Positions 9,321 through 18,130 of a DNA stretch of 39,430 nt are shown here, in pieces. The stretch comes from Acidimicrobiia bacterium (GTDB lineage Bacteria > Actinomycetota > Acidimicrobiia > Spongiisociales > JAHEDJ01): the NCBI GenBank assembly GCA_030598025.1, contig JAUVQS010000001.1, positions 1 to 39,430 on the forward strand, written 5' to 3'. The notes beneath the pieces are model-generated. The model ran no database searches, was not told the origin of the DNA, and worked only from the letters and a program-made list of their open reading frames with translations. The number at the start of each line of letters is the position of its first letter. Positions within the stretch are counted from its first letter, which is position 1. Both the position numbers and the translations under genes were made by a program.

Positions 9321-10019
9321 CTATCCCGCCGCCGACCTGTCGGCCAGCACCACTGCACTCGGATGTTCGCGAAGGAAGCTCGCCGGGAGGTCCGGGCCGA
9401 TGGGGTCGGTCAGCATGCGGTCGAGGATTTCTGTCTTGTTTGGACCGGTTACCAGCAGCCAGACCTCGCGTGAGTCCAGAATCGGTCTCAGGCCAATGGT
9501 CATACCCAATTCCGGCTCAGTCGTAGACCCGTATCGATCTTTTGCCGCAACCCTGGTAGCCGGAGCGAGTCGAACGACCCGTGTAGGAGATTCAGCCGCC
9601 GATCCGGGCTCGTTCAATCCCAGGTGACCGTTGCCGCCGAGCCCGAGAATGGTGAGGTCCAGGCCCGCATCATCGATGAGACCTTCGAACCTCCGGCACT
9701 CGTCATCTAGATCCGAAGCGTGAGCATCTAGGGCATGAACGATGGCCGGCGGAGTCTCGAGCTTCGCCAGGAAGTCCCGCCGAAGGACACCATCACAACG
9801 AGCTGGATCTCCTGCCGGAAGAACGAACTCGTCCAGCAGGAAGATCTCGGCCTGTCCGAAGTCGATGGACGGAGCAGCCCGGGAATACATCGGTCGCGGA
9901 GTATCACCTGTGGGCAGGCACAGGCGAGCCGCCGGACACTCCTCCATGAACGAGGTCCACCGACCGGCTACCTGGTCTGCCCACCGCCCGTCGTCGAAGA
10001 TCTCGAGGCGGATACTCAC
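9321..10019 (-). CDS. Glucosamine-6-phosphate deaminase / 6-phosphogluconolactonase family (NagB-like) protein
   Basis: Track ORF is 9321..10172. GTG 10019 overlaps the upstream stop (GTGA). Motifs LPTGDTP, FLLDEF and [14 protein letters not shown]. Confidence 0.75.
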   Translation of the reverse strand: MSIRLEIFDDGRWADQVAGRWTSFMEECPAARLCLPTGDTPRPMYSRAAPSIDFGQAEIFLLDEFVLPAGDPARCDGVLRRDFLAKLETPPAIVHALDAHASDLDDECRRFEGLIDDAGLDLTILGLGGNGHLGLNEPGSAAESPTRVVRLAPATRVAAKDRYGSTTEPELGMTIGLRPILDSREVWLLVTGPNKTEILDRMLTDPIGPDLPASFLREHPSAVVLADRSAAG

Positions 10020-11212
10020 CCGTCGGTGACGATGTCGAACACCGACCCGGTGTCTTTGTCGCTCAGGATCAGCTTGGTCCGGCCATCCGGGAGAATCTCC
10101 TCTTTCACGATGGCGTGGCCGTCGTGTCGCCTGATATCCTTCGAGATCCTCGGTGTCGACCCTCCGCGCCACTCGACCTCAACCGGTTCCCATTGCTTGG
10201 TCTCAGCTGAACGGAACGCCGCATCCATCACCGCGTTGACCACGTACCCATCGTAGAACGTCTCAGTCGGGTCGGTCCCGGCATCCATTGAATCGAACAT
10301 GTCCGTGAACATGTGGACGTACCCGAGTTCAGTGACCTCATCGCCGACCGGGAACAACCAGCCTTCTGTCGACTCAATCTTTTCTGCGAGGTAGCCAGCG
10401 CCACCGCCCGATGTGTACATCTCAAAGCCGGTGCGTAGGAAGTTATTCGTCCAGATCGTTCCTTCGGTGCCGGCAACCTCGTCACGGAGATCCATGCCGC
10501 CCCGGAAGGTCCAGCTCACCTCGAACTGGCCCAGCGCCCCTGACTCGAACTTGATGAGCACGACTGCGTTGTCTTCGGCTTCGATCGGGTGCACCAGGGT
10601 ATCTGCCCACGCCATGACCTCGACGGGCCGGTTGCCCTTGCCGACGTAGCTGCGGATGATCTCGATGCAATGACAGCCGAGATCGACGATCGCCCCGCCG
10701 CCGGCGTTGGTCTTGTCCCAGAACCAGGCGCTGTGCGGGCCGGGATGGGTCTCACGTGACCGCACCCAGGTGACGTCTCCGATCGCACCGGCACGCACGG
10801 AGTTGAGAGCCTTGAGAGTCTTCGGTGTGTAAACGAGATCTTCGAGGTAGCCGGAAAACACGCCGGCGGACTCGACCTTGTCGAGAATCCGCTTGGCTTC
10901 TTCGGCGTTGCGGGCAAGGGGCTTCGTGCACAATACGGCCTTTCCTGCATCGGCGATGAGGCCGATGACCTCCTCGTGCAGGAAGTTCGGAAGGCCGACC
11001 ACAACCACGTCGGTATCGGGATGATTGATCGCATCCTCCAAAGAGGTCGTCGTCTCAGGGATATCCCACCGCGCGGCGAAGGCCTTGCCGCGGTCCTCCG
11101 ACCGTGAGTAGACCACCTGGACGCGGTCACGTCCCCGTTGACCGTGCAGGGTCATGGTGTAGAAGTCACCAATGAGGCCTGTACCAAGCATGGTGATCGA
11201 GTGTCCACCCAT
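10016..11212 (-). CDS. Gfo/Idh/MocA family oxidoreductase
   Basis: 398 aa. N-terminal [11 protein letters not shown] Rossmann fold, CTKPLA (EKP-like) motif, AAGGAG RBS at 11217-11222. Confidence 0.85.
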   Translation of the reverse strand: MGGHSITMLGTGLIGDFYTMTLHGQRGRDRVQVVYSRSEDRGKAFAARWDIPETTTSLEDAINHPDTDVVVVGLPNFLHEEVIGLIADAGKAVLCTKPLARNAEEAKRILDKVESAGVFSGYLEDLVYTPKTLKALNSVRAGAIGDVTWVRSRETHPGPHSAWFWDKTNAGGGAIVDLGCHCIEIIRSYVGKGNRPVEVMAWADTLVHPIEAEDNAVVLIKFESGALGQFEVSWTFRGGMDLRDEVAGTEGTIWTNNFLRTGFEMYTSGGGAGYLAEKIESTEGWLFPVGDEVTELGYVHMFTDMFDSMDAGTDPTETFYDGYVVNAVMDAAFRSAETKQWEPVEVEWRGGSTPRISKDIRRHDGHAIVKEEILPDGRTKLILSDKDTGSVFDIVTDG

Positions 11213-11360
11213 GGCAATCTCCTTCTGATCGTTGGCCGTCCAACCAACATAGCCGACGCGAGGAGGCGGTCGTTCGGGGCTGGTCAGAAGCGGTCGCCAC
11301 TCTGGCAGCGGGGGAGAAAACGCCCGCCGGAGGTTTCCGCTCTATTCCGACCGCACGCTT

Positions 11361-12806
11361 TCACCCAGACCGAGTCAGGATGCTCGCTTCTGCGCAGAGC
11401 GCTTCGACGTCGTCGAGTTCAACCGGCACCGAGTCCGTCATGTTCTCGTTGCCGGCACCGGTGATCAGGATGTCATCTTCGATCCGAACGCCAATACCCC
11501 TGAACTCTGCCGGAATCGTGTGTTCGACGGCTTCCGCCTTTTCGAGTTCTGCCCCTTCGAGGGACCTCGCCTGCTTGGCCCCCAGTGTCATCCGGCGTTC
11601 GGTCCACTCGTCGAGGTCGTATTCGAGGAGGTGGAAGGTGGTGACTTCGCGGTCGGCCCGGACGTAGATGCCCGGTTCGACAGTGAAGGTCATGCCGGCT
11701 TCGAGATTCCTGTGCTCTCCAGCGACCTTGTGTGTACCGGCGTCATGGACATCCATGCCGAGCCAATGACCGGTTCCGTGCATGAAGAACTCCCGGTAAT
11801 GGTGGAAGCCAATCGAGTCATCAACACCAAGCGGAAGCAAGCCAAGATCCACCAGACCTTCGGTGAGAATCTGAGTGCAGGCCAGATGTATGCCCCGCAT
11901 CGTCGCACCGGGAACGGCAGCCGCAATGCCTGCCTTCTCGGCTGCCAGAACGACCTCGTACACCGCCCGCTGCGGCCCGGTGAAACGGCCGTTGACGGGG
12001 AACGTCCTGGTGATATCTGCTGAGAAATACCCGAATTCTGCGGCGGCGTCGATCAGAAGCAGGTCACCGTCCTCCATCTGCCGATCGTTTTCTGTGTAGT
12101 GGAGCACCGTGGCGTTGGCCCCCGAAGCGACTATCGACGGGTACCCGTTCCTCATCGAGCCGTTCTGACGGAACACAAACTCCATGGCCGCTTGCACCTG
12201 ATATTCAAACTGACCGGGTGCCGCGTACCGCATGGCTTCGATGTGGCCGTCTGCACTGATCGCGCTCGCCTTCCGGAGTGAATCTATCTCGGCAGGAGAT
12301 TTCCGCAGGCGAAGTTCGGCGATAATGGGCGTCGGATCTGTGATCGTGAAGGGCACCTGATATCCGAAGCGTTCGTGCAATGGCGGGAGCTTGCCGAGCA
12401 CCGCAGACATCCGTCCGTCGAGGCGGCCTCCCCAGGCGAAGTACAGTTCGGAATAGCCGATCAAGCGATCCTGCAAAACGGATTCCAGGTCGTCGACGGA
12501 ATAGGCCTCATCCGCACCGTATCGTTCCTTCGCCCCCTCGACGCCGACCCGATACCCATTCCAGGTCTCCATTTCCCGGTCGCGGGGCCTGACGAAGAGG
12601 GTGAACCGATCGGGTTCGAGCACCGCGACGGCGTCCGGTTCTGCAAACCCGGTCAGGAAGAAGAAGTCGGAATCCTGGCGGAACTCGTGCTCGACGTCGT
12701 CGTTGCGCGTCTGTTCGGAGGCGGCAGGTATCACGGCCACCGAGGAGTCGATCTGCTCGAGGAACTGGCGGCGACGCTCTGCGTGGAGGATGGAGTTCGA
12801 ATTCAT
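11361..12806 (-). CDS. pepP: Xaa-Pro aminopeptidase (M24B)
   Basis: 481 aa. N-terminal creatinase-like domain plus pita-bread motifs DGDLLLIDAAAE, HGTGHWLGMDVHD and TVEPG. Confidence 0.9.
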   Translation of the reverse strand: MNSNSILHAERRRQFLEQIDSSVAVIPAASEQTRNDDVEHEFRQDSDFFFLTGFAEPDAVAVLEPDRFTLFVRPRDREMETWNGYRVGVEGAKERYGADEAYSVDDLESVLQDRLIGYSELYFAWGGRLDGRMSAVLGKLPPLHERFGYQVPFTITDPTPIIAELRLRKSPAEIDSLRKASAISADGHIEAMRYAAPGQFEYQVQAAMEFVFRQNGSMRNGYPSIVASGANATVLHYTENDRQMEDGDLLLIDAAAEFGYFSADITRTFPVNGRFTGPQRAVYEVVLAAEKAGIAAAVPGATMRGIHLACTQILTEGLVDLGLLPLGVDDSIGFHHYREFFMHGTGHWLGMDVHDAGTHKVAGEHRNLEAGMTFTVEPGIYVRADREVTTFHLLEYDLDEWTERRMTLGAKQARSLEGAELEKAEAVEHTIPAEFRGIGVRIEDDILITGAGNENMTDSVPVELDDVEALCAEASILTRSG

Positions 12807-12828
12807 GCTCCGAGGGTACCCGTCCCAT

Positions 12829-12870
12829 GAGCCGTCAGCCGTGAGCCGTCAGCGATTCACAATTCGCAAG
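12829..12870. repeat. Degenerate 7-nt tandem repeat (GAGCCGT CAGCCGT GAGCCGT CAGCGAT TCACAAT TCGCAAG)
   Basis: Read directly. Six heptads in one register, lying between the dehalogenase stop (12914) and the pepP start (12806). Confidence 0.75.
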
Positions 12871-12913
12871 AACGGTGAACCAGAACCTGTCATGCTCCCG
12901 GGACGCCAGTCTG

Positions 12914-13828
12914 TCAGATTCCGGCGTGCCAATCCGCAATGGCCGAACCGATCGCTTCTGGTGAATCTTCCTGGATGAAATGCAGACCAGGAACAGTCAC
13001 CTCTGTTTGATTTGGCCAGCCACGACACAGTTCGCGTTGCCTACCGGTGAGGATCGATCCTGGATCCGCATTGATGAACAACTTCGGGAAATCGGATTCC
13101 GACAACCACTCCGAGTTTGCCTGCACAATCGCCTGCATGTCGGCCGGTTCTTCATCGAGTGGAATCTGGCGCGGCCAGGTCAGCGTCGGCCGCCTTGCCT
13201 CCCCCGATTCCAGGTAGGGGCGGCGGTACTCCTTCATTTCCACGTCGGTTAGATCTCGAAGAATGGAATTCGGGAGTATCCGTTCGACGAAGATATTCTT
13301 GGTGAGGACGATCTCCTCGCCGGCTTCCGACCGCATCGCTCTGAAGATCTTGGTGGCGCCCTCAGGCCAGTCGTCCCATGCCACGGGGGCGACGATGGTC
13401 TCCATGTAGGCGATGCCCTTCACTGCCTCGCGGTGACGGTTCGCCCAATCGAATCCGAGGCCACCGCCCCAGTCGTGCACAACGAGCGTCACGTTGCTCG
13501 TCACTTCGAGTTCAATGAGCAGCGTGTCGAGGTACATCCGATGATCGGCGAACGTGTACGAGTTCGGGCCGCTCGGAAAGAGCTTCTCGCTGTCGCCCAT
13601 GCCAATGAGGTCGGGAGCGATCACCCGTCCTCGGTTTTCCAGATACGGCATGATGTTTCGCCACAGATATGAGGAGGTCGGATTGCCGTGGAGAAAAACG
13701 ATCGGATCTCCCTTGCCGGCTTCGACGTAAGCCATACGCAACCCGAGCACATTCTTGTATTGCTTCTTCCATTTCACGGCAGCGCTCCAATAGTGGCAGT
13801 GGCACAGACCATACAAGCCATCAGCCAT
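12914..13828 (-). CDS. Haloalkane dehalogenase, HLD-II (LinB/DmbA/DhaA-like alpha/beta hydrolase)
   Basis: Motifs FLHGNPTSSYLWRNIMP, VVHDWGGGLGFDWA (Asp nucleophile, Trp), YME (Glu), GLHFIQEDSP (His). Alternative start at GTG 13777, with GGAG 7 nt upstream. Confidence 0.9.
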   Translation of the reverse strand: MADGLYGLCHCHYWSAAVKWKKQYKNVLGLRMAYVEAGKGDPIVFLHGNPTSSYLWRNIMPYLENRGRVIAPDLIGMGDSEKLFPSGPNSYTFADHRMYLDTLLIELEVTSNVTLVVHDWGGGLGFDWANRHREAVKGIAYMETIVAPVAWDDWPEGATKIFRAMRSEAGEEIVLTKNIFVERILPNSILRDLTDVEMKEYRRPYLESGEARRPTLTWPRQIPLDEEPADMQAIVQANSEWLSESDFPKLFINADPGSILTGRQRELCRGWPNQTEVTVPGLHFIQEDSPEAIGSAIADWHAGI

Positions 13829-13934
13829 CAGCCATCAGCCATCAGCCATCAGCACGGTAGAACGTAGAACCTGATGTTCACGATTCACCTCTGACTCGCG
13901 ACCCGCCACTCGCGACCCGCGACCCGCGACTTCA
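13816..13934. repeat. About 119-bp tract of 17 consecutive heptads in one register
   Basis: Units are (AGCCATC)x5, AGCACGG, TAGAACG, TAGAACC, TGATGTT, CACGATT, CACCTCT, GACTCGC, GACCCGC, CACTCGC, GACCCGC, GACCCGC, GACTTCA. All unit starts are congruent to 13816 mod 7. The tract covers the dehalogenase start codon and the divergent promoter region. Confidence 0.8.
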
Positions 13935-13991
13935 TATACTCCCCTCCCCCAAGGAGGCCTCATAGAACTTACTCCAGGACTGGTTCTGTCG

Positions 13992-14654
13992 ATGTGGGCA
14001 GCCGGTATCGCAGCAGGTGCGGTGCCCGTGGCCATGTGGCAGATCGTCGGTCCCGGTTTCCACCGCCTCGCGGCAGGGTCGGCGGCGCTCATAGGTGCCG
14101 GAGCTCTCGTGTTCGATGCGAAGCCGGGCACGATCATCGGCCTGGTATTCCTGGTCGCCGCAGCAGCAGTCGCAGACCGACCAGGGTGGGCGGCAACGGC
14201 TTTCGCGGTCTCGGCAGCCGGGTTTTTCGTCTCCGCGCTGTCCCACGGGAATGGAATCCTGACGATCACCGGCGCAGTGACGCTTGGGGCCGTGACCGAT
14301 GAGATGCTGCTCGGTCACTGGTATCTAGTCGACCCGCGGCTGCCCCGGTGGGCACTCAAATCGTTGGATGGAGCAGCGGCGCTCGGGTTGATTGCCGACG
14401 CCGGGCTCCTTGTTCAACGTGGAGCACTCACCTGGGAATCCGAGGCCTTCGTTGTCGGATGGGCGTTTGTCGGCCTCGCCCTGATGACCGCACTGCTGCT
14501 GGTGGGTGTTTGGTTCGCTCTCCGAGAACGTGGATACAACGGCGTCATGGCCGCTACCGGGTTGTCGTATCTGGCAGTCCTCACCGTGATCGGGGCCACG
14601 ATCAGCGGACGATCACTCGTGGGGCATGAAAGCTCCGGACTGTTATCGAGATAG
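13992..14654 (+). CDS. Hypothetical integral membrane protein (about 6 TM segments)
   Basis: 220 aa, strongly hydrophobic with periodic TM-length segments. I recognise no family motif. Confidence 0.6.
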   Translation: MWAAGIAAGAVPVAMWQIVGPGFHRLAAGSAALIGAGALVFDAKPGTIIGLVFLVAAAAVADRPGWAATAFAVSAAGFFVSALSHGNGILTITGAVTLGAVTDEMLLGHWYLVDPRLPRWALKSLDGAAALGLIADAGLLVQRGALTWESEAFVVGWAFVGLALMTALLLVGVWFALRERGYNGVMAATGLSYLAVLTVIGATISGRSLVGHESSGLLSR

Positions 14655-14666
14655 GATGCGGCCACA

Positions 14667-15209
14667 GTGCATATCTATACGAAGAAGGGCGACGACGGCA
14701 CCACCGGACTGTTCTACGGCGGCCGGGTCTGGAAGGACGATCTGGCGCCGGAAGCCTACGGGTCCGTCGATGAGGCAGTTGCCGTTTTGGCATCCGTCCG
14801 GTCGTTGGCAACAGGCAGCCTCGCCGAACGAATTCTCAGGCTGCAACGGGACTTGTTCGTTGTGGCGGCCGAGCTGGCAACCGCCCCGGAGAATCGCCAC
14901 AAACTCGAAGACGGCATAAGCCGGGTCACCACAGCAATGGTCGACCAACTCGAGAACTGGATCGATGCCGTGGTCGAGGAGATTGGACAGCCCACAGAAT
15001 TCATCGTGCCGGGCGAGGCGCCGCTGCCGGCGGCACTCGATCTCGCCAGAGCGATAGTGCGGCGAGCCGAACGACGCTGCGTAACCTACGCGCGCACAGG
15101 AGGCCTCGACGGCAGCGCCGTCATTCAGTACCTAAATCGCCTAGCAGATTATCTCTACACACTTGTGCGAGCCACCGAATCCGAGTGGCAGCCTTCACGA
15201 ACGGAATAG
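14667..15209 (+). CDS. ATP:cob(I)alamin adenosyltransferase, PduO type
   Basis: N-terminal IYTKKGDDGTTGL motif and a 180-aa helical-bundle size. GTG start. Confidence 0.85.
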   Translation: MHIYTKKGDDGTTGLFYGGRVWKDDLAPEAYGSVDEAVAVLASVRSLATGSLAERILRLQRDLFVVAAELATAPENRHKLEDGISRVTTAMVDQLENWIDAVVEEIGQPTEFIVPGEAPLPAALDLARAIVRRAERRCVTYARTGGLDGSAVIQYLNRLADYLYTLVRATESEWQPSRTE

Positions 15210-15217
15210 GAGTTTCG

Positions 15218-16687
15218 ATGGTCGAATTCACAGCAGGCGCCGCCCTCGGCGAGGCCGGTGGAAAGGTTCTTGCCGTTCCGGTCTTCAGCGACCGCACCTG
15301 GGGACCGGGCGCCGAGGCAGCCGCCGATGCGATCGGTTCCGCGCTCGATTCCGAATTCGATCGGGTTGATTTCACCGGCAAGCTCGGTCAGGTTGCGATC
15401 CTGCCCGGATCCGCCGATTCGGCATTTGAGACCTATGCCTTCGTCGGACTCGGCGAGGAGGCCGACAGCGAGACGATCCGACAGGCGGCCGGATGGCTGG
15501 CACGTTCCGTTTCACGCATAGATCACGTCTCAACAACCCTCCACATGGTGGACGTTGAGGGCGCGGCCAAGGCCTTCGCAGAAGGCTTCCTCCTGGCCCT
15601 CTACCGGTTTGACAAGTACCGGTCGGAACCGCAGCCGTCGAAAGTCGAGACGATGTCGTTCGTCGGAGAGAACGTCGATGAGGCAAAGGCGGCCGCCGAC
15701 GCCGCCCGACCGGCTGTTGTAGGCGCCATGTTGACCAGGGATCTCATCAATGAGCCCGCCAACGCCAAGTCGCCTGAAACCCTCGCCGGAGTAGCCGCCG
15801 GCGTCGCGGAGGAACACTCTCTGCGCATCAAGGTGTACGAGCCGGACGAGTTCGCAGCTGAGCGCTTTGGAGCACTAGCCGGTGTCGCCGCCGGCGCTCA
15901 CAACCCGGCCCGGATGGTGGAGTTGTGGTACGAGCCGGAAGACCCGCAGGCCTTCCTGGCCCTGGTCGGCAAGGGAATCGTCTTTGATTCTGGCGGCCTC
16001 TCCCTGAAGCCGGCCACCGCCATGGAAGACATGAAGACCGACATGTCCGGGGCGGCCGTGGTATTCGGAGCCATCAAGGCCATCGCCACGCTGGGATTGC
16101 CGATCAAAGTTCTCGCCATTACTCCTATCACGGAGAACATGCCGGGCGGCAACGCCACCCGGCCGGGCGATGTGCTCGTCCCTCGGAACGGCACCTCCAT
16201 CGAGGTGCTCAACACCGATGCTGAAGGCCGGCTGGTCCTGGCCGACGGATTGTCCCTGGCGGCAGAGCACCAACCGGACCTCATCGTCGACATCGCCACG
16301 CTGACGGGTGCGTGTCACGTAGCGCTCGGCGACAAAATTGCAGGACTCTGGTCGAACGATCAAGACGCAGCCAGGGAGGTCCTCAAAGCGTCTGCCCGCA
16401 CCGGCGAGAGGTTCTGGCAGATGCCCCTTCCTGCCGACTACCGCAAAGCCATGGATTCAGAGATTGCCGACATCAAGAACATCTCAGGCGCCCGCCACGG
16501 TGGCGCCATTCATGCCGCTCTGTTCCTCGAAGAGTACGTCGGCGAAAACCGGTGGGTGCACCTCGATATCGCCGGCCCGGCCCGTTGGACGGAAGAGGAG
16601 CACTACCAGCGCAAGGGCGGATCAGGATTCGGCGTTCGAACTCTCGTAGCCCTGGCGGAGGACCTGAGTCGACCCGTTCTTGCGTGA
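15218..16687 (+). CDS. pepA: Leucyl aminopeptidase (M17)
   Basis: Track ORF is 15185..16687. ATG 15218 is preceded by AGGAG. M17 signature NTDAEGRLVLAD, and VGKGIVFDSGG. Confidence 0.9.
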   Translation: MVEFTAGAALGEAGGKVLAVPVFSDRTWGPGAEAAADAIGSALDSEFDRVDFTGKLGQVAILPGSADSAFETYAFVGLGEEADSETIRQAAGWLARSVSRIDHVSTTLHMVDVEGAAKAFAEGFLLALYRFDKYRSEPQPSKVETMSFVGENVDEAKAAADAARPAVVGAMLTRDLINEPANAKSPETLAGVAAGVAEEHSLRIKVYEPDEFAAERFGALAGVAAGAHNPARMVELWYEPEDPQAFLALVGKGIVFDSGGLSLKPATAMEDMKTDMSGAAVVFGAIKAIATLGLPIKVLAITPITENMPGGNATRPGDVLVPRNGTSIEVLNTDAEGRLVLADGLSLAAEHQPDLIVDIATLTGACHVALGDKIAGLWSNDQDAAREVLKASARTGERFWQMPLPADYRKAMDSEIADIKNISGARHGGAIHAALFLEEYVGENRWVHLDIAGPARWTEEEHYQRKGGSGFGVRTLVALAEDLSRPVLA

Positions 16688-16719
16688 CTTCTGCTCGCTG
16701 AGCGAGCAGAAGTCACGCA
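16681..16719. terminator. Perfect 39-nt palindrome (19-bp arms) between convergent pepA and argH
   Basis: TGCGTGACTTCTGCTCGCT-G-AGCGAGCAGAAGTCACGCA. The 5' arm contains the pepA TGA stop (16685-16687). The argH stop is at 16727-16729. Confidence 0.65.
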
Positions 16720-16726
16720 AGAAGGA

Positions 16727-18079
16727 TCAGGAGATTGCCGTGCGGAGACGCTCGATCTGATGGTGAACGCTTTCAGTGCTCCCGCCGCCCGGGGTTGCTC
16801 TCCGGTTGATCGAGTCGACCGGATCGATCCTGGCCAGGTCGCTCTCGATGAACTCCTCGTGGGCGGCGGCAAGATCGATGAAGGTGGCCTGATCGAGCGA
16901 TCGCCCCTCCGCCACCAGCGACGCAACCAACTTTCCGACCGCCTCGTGGGCCCGCCGGAATGGCAACCCCCTCTCCACCAGCACCTCGGCCAGATCCAGG
17001 GCCGTTACCCAGGGGGAAGGCGCGGGCGGGTGGAATTCGGCCGACTCGTGTAGAGCGGTAATGGCGACGAGGGTCCCGGCCAGCGTGTCGTCGGCCCGGA
17101 ACACGTGCTCCTTGTCTTCCTGAAGATCCCGGTTATAGGTGAGCGGGAGGCCCTTCTGGAGGGCAAGGAGGGCAGTTAGGTCACCTATCGTTCCGGCGGC
17201 CTTCCCGCGCGCCAGCTCAGCGATGTCCGGATTCTTCTTGTGAGGAAGCGCCGACGAACCAGTCGTGAGCCCGTCCGCGAATGTCACCCACCCGAATTCC
17301 TGTGAGGCCCAAAGGATCAACTCTTCGGCCAGACGCGAGGCACTCACCATCGACTGCGCGCAGACCCAGGCGTACTCGGCGACGACATCCCGGGAGGCCA
17401 CGGCGTCCATCGAATTCTCGAACACCCCGGCCATTCCCAGAGATTTCGCAACGTCGGCCGGGTCGAGGAGCAAACTAGATCCACCAGAGGCGCCGGCGCC
17501 CAGCGGCGACACATCTAGGCGCTTGCTGAGATCGGCGAACCGATCACGATCGCGCACCGCCATCCACGCGAAGGCGAGGAGATGATGCCCGAGCGGTACC
17601 GCTTGCGCCTGCTGAAGATGGGTGTAAGACGGCACGACGGTTTCCACGTGACCCTCCGCCAGGTCGGCGAGCGTCAGCGCAAAGCCGGCGAGTTGTTCCA
17701 TCCGCTCCTCAGCGGCCCGGAGCAGATAGAGGCGCAGATCGAGGGCAATCTGGTCGTTGCGAGACCTGCCTGTATGGAGCTTGCGGCCGGAATCGCCGAC
17801 CAACTCAATGAGCCTGCGCTCAACAGCCGAATGAACGTCCTCATCTGATTCGCTGAACTCGAACGCCCCTGCTTCCGCCTCGGTCAGAATCGCTCGCAAA
17901 CCATCACCGAGCATCGCTGTTTCCTCGTCGGACAGGATCCCAACACGACCGAGCATCCCGACGTGGGCGATCGACCCTTCGACGTCCACCTCGAGCAGCC
18001 GCCGATCCGTGTGAGAGGCTGTGTATGCCCACAGAACGTCGTCCGGCCCGTCGCTGAACCGTCCACCCCAGAGAGTCAT
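16727..18079 (-). CDS. argH: Argininosuccinate lyase
   Basis: MTLWGGRFS N-terminus, TGRSRNDQ and GSSALPHKKNPD fumarate-lyase signatures. Confidence 0.95.
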   Translation of the reverse strand: MTLWGGRFSDGPDDVLWAYTASHTDRRLLEVDVEGSIAHVGMLGRVGILSDEETAMLGDGLRAILTEAEAGAFEFSESDEDVHSAVERRLIELVGDSGRKLHTGRSRNDQIALDLRLYLLRAAEERMEQLAGFALTLADLAEGHVETVVPSYTHLQQAQAVPLGHHLLAFAWMAVRDRDRFADLSKRLDVSPLGAGASGGSSLLLDPADVAKSLGMAGVFENSMDAVASRDVVAEYAWVCAQSMVSASRLAEELILWASQEFGWVTFADGLTTGSSALPHKKNPDIAELARGKAAGTIGDLTALLALQKGLPLTYNRDLQEDKEHVFRADDTLAGTLVAITALHESAEFHPPAPSPWVTALDLAEVLVERGLPFRRAHEAVGKLVASLVAEGRSLDQATFIDLAAAHEEFIESDLARIDPVDSINRRATPGGGSTESVHHQIERLRTAIS

Positions 18080-18095
18080 ATGACACCTTCGGCGC

Positions 18096-18130
18096 GGTAC
18101 TTGGTACCTGGTACTTGGTACCTGGTACCG
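18096..18130. repeat. 7-nt tandem repeat (GGTACTT GGTACCT)x2 GGTACCG in the argG-argH spacer
   Basis: Read directly. Five heptads, each carrying the self-complementary GTAC/GGTACC core. Confidence 0.8.

Noticed and set aside
13816-13850. Tandem repeats considered as a CRISPR array.
   Set aside because: The unit is 7 nt with no spacers, the tract is only about 35-120 bp, and no cas genes are present. It is a microsatellite-like repeat, not CRISPR.
12807-13991. Dehalogenase as an integron cassette or other mobile element.
   Set aside because: There is no integrase, transposase or terminal inverted repeats, and no attC-like imperfect palindrome with RYYYAAC/GTTRRRY cores. Spot counts of GC in the gene (about 50-53% per 60-nt line) are similar to neighbouring pepP, so I cannot claim a compositional island.
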